From the IMG/VR virus record IMGVR_UViG_3300012665_000361, positions 1 through 27,672 of that record: a DNA stretch of 27,672 nt, one strand, 5' to 3'. The DNA is from a virus. Its lineage: Duplodnaviria; Caudoviricetes. The notes under the pieces were generated by a model. That model did no database searches. It was not told where the DNA came from and was given only the letters and a program-made list of their open reading frames with translations. Shown in pieces: positions 1 to 6,595 of the stretch (its first letter is position 1; every line of letters starts with the position of its first letter). The position numbers and the translations under genes are program-made.

Positions 1-23
1 CCTTCGGGGCGGGGGGCTTTTTT
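1..23 (+). terminator. Intrinsic terminator, 5' arm truncated by the window edge
   Basis: C-TTCG-G tetraloop at 2-7, G-rich 3' arm GGGCGGGGGGC, then T6 (18-23). Resembles the intact terminator at 4411-4444. Confidence 0.7.
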
Positions 24-34
24 CATGCCCTCGC

Positions 35-49
35 GCTCGGATTCCGAGC
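35..49. repeat. Dispersed palindrome copy 1 (GCTCGGATTCCGAGC)
   Basis: 6-bp arms GCTCGG/CCGAGC with an ATT centre; starts 11 nt after the terminator T-tract. Confidence 0.95.
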
Positions 50-87
50 AGACCGCTTGCCCGCGAAAATCGCAAAAATCGCGCCAC

Positions 88-153
88 GTTTGTGTCGGAG
101 AGTTTGTGTTGGAAGGTTTGTGTTGAGGGTTTGTGTCGGGGGTGTGTGTGTCA
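88..153. repeat. Tandem 13-14 bp direct repeats with GTTTGTGTY core (iteron-like)
   Basis: GTTTGTGT at 88, 102, 116 and 129, a degenerate GTGTGTGT at 142, and an isolated copy at 218. Confidence 0.85.
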
Positions 154-279
154 GCCGTCATCGCAATTCGTCACTAATTCAGCCCTCGGCGGGATGTTCT
201 TTTGCTACGCGAAAAAAGTTTGTGTCGGCGAGGACAGCCATCGGCGCTACGCACTGCTCCAGCCACCGGCGCTAGGCGT

Positions 280-308
280 TTGACTCTGCCACCGGAATCG
301 AGTAAAAT
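280..308 (+). promoter_or_regulatory. Sigma70/SigA-type early promoter
   Basis: -35 TTGACT (280-285), 17-nt spacer, -10 TAAAAT (303-308), upstream of the + strand operon. Confidence 0.8.
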
Positions 309-345
309 AGTACCACTGGGGATAACTATGTCCTCATCCACCGGC

Positions 346-360
346 GCTCGGATTCCGAGC
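346..360. repeat. Dispersed palindrome copy 2
   Basis: GCTCGGATTCCGAGC in the predicted 5' leader, 10 nt upstream of RBS GAAAGG (371-376). Confidence 0.95.
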
Positions 361-383
361 ACGGCAACCCGAAAGGTAATCTC

Positions 384-536
384 ATGTATATAACCACGCT
401 AGATATGCTCGCTGTAATGATTGCGCTAGTCGTATCTGTAACGCTAGTCATCACAACGGCTATCGCTAATGCTCGCCTCACCGCATCCCGCGATGAGTGG
501 CGACAGGCTTATTACACACTCAAGGGTCGTGAATAG
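384..536 (+). CDS. Small single-pass membrane protein (50 aa; below ORF-track cutoff)
   Basis: GAAAGG RBS, then MYITTLDMLAVMIALVVSVTLVITTAIANARLTASRDEWRQAYYTLKGRE; stop lies 2 nt before the next ATG. Confidence 0.8.
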   Translation: MYITTLDMLAVMIALVVSVTLVITTAIANARLTASRDEWRQAYYTLKGRE

Positions 537-538
537 CC

Positions 539-2035
539 ATGCCCGACATCATCCAAGTTGAAATCGGCTTCGGATACTTAGGCGTACAGATGTGCGCCTC
601 ATGCTACAAGCCTAATCATGTGTTCGTGGAATCTCACCACAGAAACGAATACTGCCTCAGATGCCACAATGATTACACATTGACCAACCGACAAGGGCTA
701 CCTGCTCGGATTCCGAGCACTGAAACCCACGCTATCTTGGCTGAGGATATTCCACGATGCCAAGCCTGTGAGAATCCAGAACTTCCAACCACAACCCAGT
801 GGCGCTTCACTCAAGCGATGTTAGCGGATTCATCACTCATCACAGTTCACGAGTCTTGCTCTCGCAAGATATGTGACAAGTGCGATATCCGTTATGCCTA
901 CAATGGCAACCGCAACTGGCGTGAACCTCATGCCATATCTAGCAACCTGTTTGCTGGTACAACAGTCATCGAAGGAGAGAACTACTGTGACTCATGCGAA
1001 TCTACTTTCTGGGAAGAAAACGATGACTCGGACTACTTCTCTTGTGACTGCTGTGAGTCGCAGACCCATTACGATAACAGCGGATGGTTTGACGGCACCC
1101 GATACTGTGCAAACTGTATCGAGAACAATGTCTACGACTGTCGAGACTGTGGCGTCACCTGCTGGGATGGTGCAGACCACTATTGTGAGGATGACAATGA
1201 CGATGACGAGTCGCTCATCCATAACTACGCATACCGACCTTCTCCCTTCTTCTTTGGAGAGGGAAAGTATTACTTCGGCTTCGAGTTAGAAGTTGAGTCT
1301 CGTGGTCATGGGCGCTATGACGGCGCACAGATTGCACAGAATACTCTCGGCGGTCATGCCTATCTCAAGGATGACGGCTCTCTATCAGACGGCTTCGAGA
1401 TTGTCACACATCCGCATACCCTAGAGAAGTATCACACTGACTTCAACTGGGAAGTATTGGAGAAGTTACAGTCTCATGGCTATCGGTCATGGAATACCCG
1501 TACATGCGGACTTCATGTCCATGTCTCACGCACTGCCTTCGGCGATGGTGGCGACCCTTGGCGTTACGATATTACGCAAGGTACGCGTTCACAGATTATT
1601 CTCAAGCGCCAGTCTCATGAGTTGCGCTTCATGAAGTTAATCTATGACAATCAACGCCAAGTAGAGCGTATTGCTGGGCGTAGCAATAATAACTATGCAA
1701 CCTTCCAAGATAAGGGCAACCTTGTCCGGAAGGTCAAGGATGGATACCAACTTAGCGGTAGGTATTCGGCTATCAACACCGAGAACGATGCAACTATCGA
1801 GGTGCGTGTGTTCAAGGGTTCACTGCGTAAAGAGCGTGTGCTATCTGCACTAGAGTTCGTTCATGCTGCGGTGGAATATACTCGCGACATCAAGGTGAGT
1901 ACCAAGAACCACGCCTTATCATGGCTCAAGTTCACAGGGTATGTCTCTGCCAATGCAGAACTGTATCCCAATCTAGTAACTATCATGAGCGAATCGTTCG
2001 CAAGTGACGACAACCCTAATGAAACAGACAACTAA
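539..2035 (+). CDS. Putative amidoligase (COOH-NH2 ligase, Amidoligase_2-like) with Cys-rich N-terminal half
   Basis: Motifs FGFELEVE, DDGSL..GFEIVT.P, TCGLHVHVS, RYSAIN and TIEVR.FKGSL; about 8 CxxC pairs in aa 19-205. Confidence 0.85.
   Translation: MPDIIQVEIGFGYLGVQMCASCYKPNHVFVESHHRNEYCLRCHNDYTLTNRQGLPARIPSTETHAILAEDIPRCQACENPELPTTTQWRFTQAMLADSSLITVHESCSRKICDKCDIRYAYNGNRNWREPHAISSNLFAGTTVIEGENYCDSCESTFWEENDDSDYFSCDCCESQTHYDNSGWFDGTRYCANCIENNVYDCRDCGVTCWDGADHYCEDDNDDDESLIHNYAYRPSPFFFGEGKYYFGFELEVESRGHGRYDGAQIAQNTLGGHAYLKDDGSLSDGFEIVTHPHTLEKYHTDFNWEVLEKLQSHGYRSWNTRTCGLHVHVSRTAFGDGGDPWRYDITQGTRSQIILKRQSHELRFMKLIYDNQRQVERIAGRSNNNYATFQDKGNLVRKVKDGYQLSGRYSAINTENDATIEVRVFKGSLRKERVLSALEFVHAAVEYTRDIKVSTKNHALSWLKFTGYVSANAELYPNLVTIMSESFASDDNPNETDN
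703..719. repeat. Dispersed palindrome copy 3 (intragenic, read as A-R-I-P-S)
   Basis: TGCTCGGATTCCGAGCA with 7-bp arms. Confidence 0.95.
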
Positions 2036-2036
2036 G

Positions 2037-2053
2037 TGCTCGGATTCCGAGCA
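2037..2053. repeat. Dispersed palindrome copy 4
   Basis: TGCTCGGATTCCGAGCA, 1 nt after the amidoligase stop and directly followed by RBS GAAGGAG. Confidence 0.95.
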
Positions 2054-2067
2054 GAAGGAGTAAGCCA

Positions 2068-2919
2068 ATGTGTATGTTATGCGTAGTTCCACCCAATGTA
2101 ATTCCGTCTCGTGAGAAGTTAGAGAACTCTGCTCTCAACAATCCACACGGATTCGGGTTTGCTATCGCTATCCCAAGCGAAAAGCGTATCCATGTCGAGC
2201 GTACTATGAACGCCGATACATCTATCAACCGCTTCATCGAGATGCGTGGTAGATATCCAGAAGGCTATGCCACATGGCACGCCCGCTTCGCAACTCATGG
2301 CACTACGACAGTAGATAACTGCCATCCATTCAAGGTAGGTAATGACTCACTCACCTATCTCGCTCACAATGGCATCCTGCCTATTGTAGAGCCTCAAGGA
2401 GATACCCGTAGCGATACTCGTATCTTTGCCGAGGACTTACTACCTGCTATCGGTGGTGTTGCATCACTAGATAACCCACAGGTACAGAATCTTATCGAGG
2501 ACTTTACCACTGGCTCTAAGGTGTGCGTACTTACTGTGCATCCAGATGCTAAGTATCAGTGCTACCTATTCCACGAGGAGAAGGGCTGGCGCGATGACTC
2601 TAATGTGTGGTGGTCTAACGATACCTGCTATCTACCCAAGCCTTACTCGTACAAGTCTGACTACGACAGCAAGTGGTATTCCAAGAAGCCACTCGACTTC
2701 GTAACCAAGCATGACGCATCCTTATTCTATGAGTGCAAGGTCTGTGACCTTATTGTAGATGAGGACCAATTATGGGAGACTAATCTCGGAGATGACTACT
2801 GCCCACAATGCGGATGCTGTTATCAGTGCAACGCTTATATGACTGATGACCTATGCTACAAGGGTAGCAACGCAGATGCTAAATGGTGGTCAAAGACTGA
2901 CGGGGGGTGGGGCTGGTGA
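2068..2919 (+). CDS. Class II (Ntn) glutamine amidotransferase with C-terminal Cys-rich tail
   Basis: N-terminal M-C nucleophile, N.HGFG, HARFATHG, NCHPF, AHNG and SDT motifs; C-terminal CKVC/CPQC/CYQC; AAGGAG RBS. Confidence 0.9.
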   Translation: MCMLCVVPPNVIPSREKLENSALNNPHGFGFAIAIPSEKRIHVERTMNADTSINRFIEMRGRYPEGYATWHARFATHGTTTVDNCHPFKVGNDSLTYLAHNGILPIVEPQGDTRSDTRIFAEDLLPAIGGVASLDNPQVQNLIEDFTTGSKVCVLTVHPDAKYQCYLFHEEKGWRDDSNVWWSNDTCYLPKPYSYKSDYDSKWYSKKPLDFVTKHDASLFYECKVCDLIVDEDQLWETNLGDDYCPQCGCCYQCNAYMTDDLCYKGSNADAKWWSKTDGGWGW

Positions 2920-3107
2920 GTAAGAAGCACAAGCCTGTACCACCTACGCCCTTTTACTACGGCAAGAGGGCAGAACTATTCTTGCACGATGCAGAGATTG
3001 CATTAGCGCAAGGAGATACAACTAAACACGCACAACTCTTGCTCCGAGCCACGGAGTACGAGGAACTAGCGGGGCAACTGCCTCGCGAGGAAGGTACGCA
3101 TGGTTAA
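2916..3107 (+). CDS. Hypothetical helical protein
   Basis: GTGA overlap with the GATase stop gives a likely GTG start at 2916; tight operon packing. Confidence 0.7.
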   Translation: MSKKHKPVPPTPFYYGKRAELFLHDAEIALAQGDTTKHAQLLLRATEYEELAGQLPREEGTHG

Positions 3108-3252
3108 ATATAAAGAAGCAACATGCTCTAAGTGTCTCGGTGAGTTACTGGTGCCGGAATACGATAAGAGTGATGACTTCTACTGTAATTCATGTGCTTG
3201 GTCTAAGGTTGGGTGGTGCTCGGATTCCGAGCACTCCCCAATTAAGGAGTAG
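3100..3252 (+). CDS. Small zinc-ribbon protein (50 aa; below track cutoff)
   Basis: GAGGAAGG upstream; MVKYKEATCSKCLGELLVPEYDKSDDFYCNSCAWSKVGWCSDSEHSPIKE has two CxxC. Confidence 0.75.
   Translation: MVKYKEATCSKCLGELLVPEYDKSDDFYCNSCAWSKVGWCSDSEHSPIKE
3216..3234. repeat. Dispersed palindrome copy 5 (read as C-S-D-S-E-H at the end of the zinc-ribbon gene)
   Basis: GTGCTCGGATTCCGAGCAC with 8-bp arms, 9 nt upstream of the whiB RBS AAGGAG. Confidence 0.95.
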
Positions 3253-3256
3253 GCAT

Positions 3257-3598
3257 ATGAGTCTTAGTAAGGACAATCCAACCTTCTCTACATATGGAGA
3301 CTGCTCTAGTGAACAGTATGACCCTGAGTGGTGGTTTCCTATCGAGAAGGCAGGTCGCGTAAGTTGGTCTCATACATACGAGGCTAACGCTGCTCGCAAT
3401 ATCTGCAAGTCATGTCCATTACTAAAAGAGTGTCTAACTTATGCTCTCCAGTATGACGGACTAACTGGGATATGGGGCGGTACAGATAGACACGAAAGGT
3501 ACAAGATGCAAAATGAACTAGGCATAACTCCAACCCCATGGGAAAAGAGTTATGGAAGCCCTTTATGGGGGGATTACAGCCCTCAATGGGGGAGTTAA
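3257..3598 (+). CDS. whiB: WhiB-family Fe-S transcription factor
   Basis: C..DPEWWFP..ARNICKSCP...ECL.YAL......GIWGGT...ER signature; start moved to ATG 3257 after AAGGAG. Confidence 0.95.
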   Translation: MSLSKDNPTFSTYGDCSSEQYDPEWWFPIEKAGRVSWSHTYEANAARNICKSCPLLKECLTYALQYDGLTGIWGGTDRHERYKMQNELGITPTPWEKSYGSPLWGDYSPQWGS

Positions 3599-3602
3599 AC
3601 AC

Positions 3603-3722
3603 ATGGACAATGATGATTGGGACCACTTCGTAGGAAGTGTATCCGAGCAATTATTGCTCATGTTCTGGACTGCGCTATTTACAGTAGGTGGCGTAGGGTT
3701 TATACTAATGCTCGCACTGTGA
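3603..3722 (+). CDS. Small membrane protein (39 aa)
   Basis: GGGGAG RBS; MDNDDWDHFVGSVSEQLLLMFWTALFTVGGVGFILMLAL. Confidence 0.7.
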   Translation: MDNDDWDHFVGSVSEQLLLMFWTALFTVGGVGFILMLAL

Positions 3723-3723
3723 C

Positions 3724-3740
3724 TGCTCGGATTCCGAGCA
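3724..3740. repeat. Dispersed palindrome copy 6
   Basis: TGCTCGGATTCCGAGCA, 1 nt after a TGA stop and upstream of the next RBS/ATG. Confidence 0.95.
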
Positions 3741-3763
3741 TCACCCGACTAGAAAGAAATAAA

Positions 3764-3958
3764 ATGCCAAAATACAATGTACAAGTACAACTATCAGGCG
3801 AGGATGGCAACGCATTTGCTATCATCGCAAAGGTAAATCGTGCTCTACGCAACGCTGGTGCAACTCCTGAGGAGATGTCTCAGTACCAACAAGAGTCAAT
3901 GAGTGGGGATTATGATAATCTCCTACGCGTGGCTTCTGATTGGGTAGAAGTAGCATGA
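3764..3958 (+). CDS. Conserved small phage hypothetical protein (64 aa)
   Basis: L.GEDGNAFAI...V..AL..AG...SGDYDNLL motif typical of a widespread small phage protein; start moved to ATG 3764. Confidence 0.8.
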   Translation: MPKYNVQVQLSGEDGNAFAIIAKVNRALRNAGATPEEMSQYQQESMSGDYDNLLRVASDWVEVA

Positions 3959-4119
3959 GTAATGAGTTTCCACCTGACGGGTGGATTACTCTTACACGCT
4001 TAGATGATGGTGAACAAGTAGTCTATGGACTATTTGACACTAAAGAACGAGCCGAGTACTTCGGCTCTAAACTAATCAACGCGGTTATACATCCAATGTA
4101 TCCGCCTACATTACACTAA
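3955..4119 (+). CDS. Hypothetical protein (54 aa)
   Basis: ATGA overlap; MSNEFPPDGWITLTRLDDGEQVVYGLFDTKERAEYFGSKLINAVIHPMYPPTLH. Confidence 0.75.
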   Translation: MSNEFPPDGWITLTRLDDGEQVVYGLFDTKERAEYFGSKLINAVIHPMYPPTLH

Positions 4120-4128
4120 GGAAAAGAT

Positions 4129-4266
4129 ATGAGTGAACCACGCTTAGAAGATGACATCGCCATCGGAAAGAATCAGGACTGCGATGAATGTGAAGAATCA
4201 GAGGATGAATGTACCTGTGCTGATTCTGCATATGACACACTAGAGGAGATGTATGACAACTTTTAG
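4129..4266 (+). CDS. Very acidic Cys-containing small protein (45 aa)
   Basis: AAGGA RBS; MSEPRLEDDIAIGKNQDCDECEESEDECTCADSAYDTLEEMYDNF. Confidence 0.7.
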   Translation: MSEPRLEDDIAIGKNQDCDECEESEDECTCADSAYDTLEEMYDNF

Positions 4267-4390
4267 TGTGAGTGTAGAAGTCGAAGACGATATAGACCCA
4301 TTATCTGTGGAGGGCATGATGGACTATATCTTGCTTCGATTAGAGTCGCAGAAAGTGTTACGAGTTACTAACATCGTACGCGACTACTGA
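4253..4390 (+). CDS. Hypothetical protein (45 aa)
   Basis: GAGGAG RBS; MTTFSVSVEVEDDIDPLSVEGMMDYILLRLESQKVLRVTNIVRDY. Confidence 0.7.
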   Translation: MTTFSVSVEVEDDIDPLSVEGMMDYILLRLESQKVLRVTNIVRDY

Positions 4391-4391
4391 C

Positions 4392-4408
4392 TGCTCGGTT
4401 TCCGAGCA
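4392..4408. repeat. Dispersed palindrome copy 7 (variant centre TTT)
   Basis: TGCTCGGTTTCCGAGCA, 1 nt after a TGA stop and 2 nt before the terminator. Confidence 0.9.
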
Positions 4409-4410
4409 CT

Positions 4411-4444
4411 AGCCCCTCATCGCTTCGGCGGTGGGGGGCTTTGT
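4411..4444 (+). terminator. Terminator of the early operon
   Basis: 13-bp stem AGCCCCTCATCGC/GCGGTGGGGGGCT with 2 G-U pairs, cUUCGg loop, then TTGT. Confidence 0.85.
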
Positions 4445-4583
4445 CATGCCTATTTTTTATGCCAACCTTCGCCAGTCTTATGCTGGCACACGCACCCTGT
4501 ACACTGTTCATGCAATCCAATAGCGATGTAAGTTTCTTTAAGGCTATTAGCCACGCCACCTGCGGTACACTTATCGCATATCA

Positions 4584-4946
4584 TTATTTTGTCCCTTGAG
4601 CAACATCAAATGGTGTTTTTTTCTTTTTCTCTTGCGCCCTGCGGTCAGCACGATTTGAACCCGCGGTAGCGGAAGTTTGTGTTGGAGAGACATTGGCGTC
4701 ATTCTGTTCAGGCTGAACAAAGTCGGGACTAAAGATAGCAGCCGACTGAACAAGGTCAATGTACTGGTGGAACAAGTCAATAAAAACATACACTTGGCTG
4801 ATAAGGTTGCCAGACATCACAACGACATCTTGAAGAAGTTTAATATCCTCTTCTGCTAAAACATCAGTCCAGACTTGTGCTTCCATCTTCGTCTGAAAGT
4901 TCTGGTGTGTCTCCAGTACTTCGTCTATCTTCATTATTCTGCTCAT
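4584..4946 (-). CDS. Hypothetical protein
   Basis: GAGGAG RBS before ATG 4946; helical core and basic NRADRRA..KKKK tail; overlaps the sigma factor 3' end. Confidence 0.7.
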   Translation of the reverse strand: MSRIMKIDEVLETHQNFQTKMEAQVWTDVLAEEDIKLLQDVVVMSGNLISQVYVFIDLFHQYIDLVQSAAIFSPDFVQPEQNDANVSPTQTSATAGSNRADRRAQEKKKKTPFDVAQGTK

Positions 4947-5568
4947 TAACCTGCTCCTCTGTATAGTCACGCTCCTTGCGTGGACGTTGCCCACCAAGGT
5001 AATTCAAAAGATTATTTACTGCACGATTGACACGCATACGTGCTGCATCCTCGCTGATGTCAAGTTCTTTAGCGAGGGTCACATTGTCACATCCATCACC
5101 GAATCGTAGATAGATGATAGTCAGTTGCTCATGTGTTAAACGAGCCAAGCCACGCTCTATGTCAGCCATCATGGCAAACCAATTGCCACCCTCAGAGGCG
5201 ACCTTTTTACTATTAGTAAATCCTAAATCGTTCATAGCAGGTGCAACTCTATCTCCACGCAATACTGCAGGAAGCAACGCTTCTACAATCTCGCGGTCAT
5301 AGTAGTAGTTGTCCTCTACCTTGTACCCTACAGCCTGTGCCTTCTGCTTCTGACAGTAGTCTTTGGCTGCGTTACGCAGTGACCTAGCAATCAGTTTGAT
5401 GGACTGCTTACCTTCTAACTGCTCCCATGTCTTAACCTTATTGGGATGCTCCAAGAACCATATCCATAGTTCCTGACGAATATCATCGGCATCACACATG
5501 TGATACTTACGTGAGTATTCGTAGGCAATAGCAGCCACTACACCTGAATAAGTTTCAGTAACTACCAC
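4864..5568 (-). CDS. Phage RNA polymerase sigma factor (sigma70/ECF-like)
   Basis: Region 2 DADDIRQELW...RNAAKDY; region 4 L..LT.EQ..IIYLRF.......LAKELDIS....RMRVNRA. Confidence 0.85.
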   Translation of the reverse strand: MVVTETYSGVVAAIAYEYSRKYHMCDADDIRQELWIWFLEHPNKVKTWEQLEGKQSIKLIARSLRNAAKDYCQKQKAQAVGYKVEDNYYYDREIVEALLPAVLRGDRVAPAMNDLGFTNSKKVASEGGNWFAMMADIERGLARLTHEQLTIIYLRFGDGCDNVTLAKELDISEDAARMRVNRAVNNLLNYLGGQRPRKERDYTEEQVNEQNNEDRRSTGDTPELSDEDGSTSLD

Positions 5569-6302
5569 TTAAAAGTCTTTCCATCAACAGTAAACGAATT
5601 GTTAATGATAGGAACTAACTGTGGTGTTACGTTCTTACCATCGACATGCAAGATACCAAAGCCCTGTTGCCATGTGAATAGCCCTGCCTTGATATATTTT
5701 GCATTACGATAATCCATTAGATTACCAAGTTCCATGCCCCAGATAGTGCGTGGCTTACCACCACGATATGTCTGAGTCTGATGTGTCAAGCCCATACGAT
5801 GCGTGTGACCACACACGACACTCATGCCTGAGCGTTTAGCCAAGCCCAATGCGGTAGCACCGGCAGTAGGCTGTACGTTGCCCTCATCACCATGCATAAG
5901 CAACCAGCCAGGGGCTAGTTCATAAGGGTCTTTGTGATACTTAATCTCAAGTTCATCGAGACCAAGAAAGTTTTCTAATTCTAATTCAGGAAGTCCAAGG
6001 AATCCTGGCGCTCTCATAGCCACTGTGTTAAACAAGCGGTCAGTATGATTACTACGCACCATGTGTTCAACTGTTAAGTCATACAACACTTTGCGTGTAA
6101 GGTCACGGTCACGACCAATAGAGCGTTCATACTCTAGTTCAGTACCCTTTGACCACTTACTGATTGTCTGCATATCCATTTCATCTCCACAAGAGACGAC
6201 AGTCTCAGGTTGATACCATTGGATAAACTTAGCCACTGCCTTCGTGGCTTCTACATCGTGGTACGGGACCTGCAAGTCGGAAATGCAAACTATGTTTTTC
6301 AT
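5562..6302 (-). CDS. Calcineurin-like metallophosphoesterase
   Basis: ISDLQ.P, GDE.D, SNH, HGD and GHTH motifs. Confidence 0.88.
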   Translation of the reverse strand: MKNIVCISDLQVPYHDVEATKAVAKFIQWYQPETVVSCGDEMDMQTISKWSKGTELEYERSIGRDRDLTRKVLYDLTVEHMVRSNHTDRLFNTVAMRAPGFLGLPELELENFLGLDELEIKYHKDPYELAPGWLLMHGDEGNVQPTAGATALGLAKRSGMSVVCGHTHRMGLTHQTQTYRGGKPRTIWGMELGNLMDYRNAKYIKAGLFTWQQGFGILHVDGKNVTPQLVPIINNSFTVDGKTFKW

Positions 6303-6595
6303 GGTTTCTTTTTCGTCGCTTTCTTAGCACGTCGCTTGTTCTCAAGACCAACATTCTTTTTCTTGCTAATGGTACGAAGGTTAGAAATACGGTCATCACC
6401 TGCACGACCTTTGTTATTCTTGTGGTCTACTTCTGTTCCCTTTGGTAAGGTTTTTCCTGTGGCTTTTTCATAATCCACGCGAGCCTTATTGCTAGAAGTA
6501 GTAACGGTAGTACCATCTTTTTTCTTACGCTTGAAGACATAGATTGGTCTCCCACCATTTTGTTTGCTGCCTTTATAGGGTCCAAAGATTTTCAT
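6299..6595 (-). CDS. HNH endonuclease-like basic protein
   Basis: EVDHKNN.....D.ISNLR.IS...N; probable start ATG 6595 (ATGA overlap). Confidence 0.75.
   Translation of the reverse strand: MKIFGPYKGSKQNGGRPIYVFKRKKKDGTTVTTSSNKARVDYEKATGKTLPKGTEVDHKNNKGRAGDDRISNLRTISKKKNVGLENKRRAKKATKKKP

Noticed and set aside
57-393. Track ORFs 57-275, 92-283, 174-362 and 202-393
   Set aside because: They overlap the repeat array and promoter, lack RBSs and give low-complexity translations.
3140-3763. Long N-terminal extensions on the whiB (3140) and 3617 ORFs
   Set aside because: Better RBS-linked starts exist at 3257 and 3764, and the upstream space holds other small genes.
4049-4067. GAGCCGA-GTACT-TCGGCTC hairpin
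   Set aside because: Single intragenic copy with different arms and spacing from the repeat family; may be chance.
384-4390. Pup-like tag peptide for the amidoligase among the small ORFs
   Set aside because: None ends in the GGE/GGQ motif, so there is no direct support for a pupylation mimic.
35-4408. Palindrome series as a CRISPR array
   Set aside because: Repeats are only 15-19 bp and irregularly spaced 311-1334 bp apart with whole genes between them; no cas operon.
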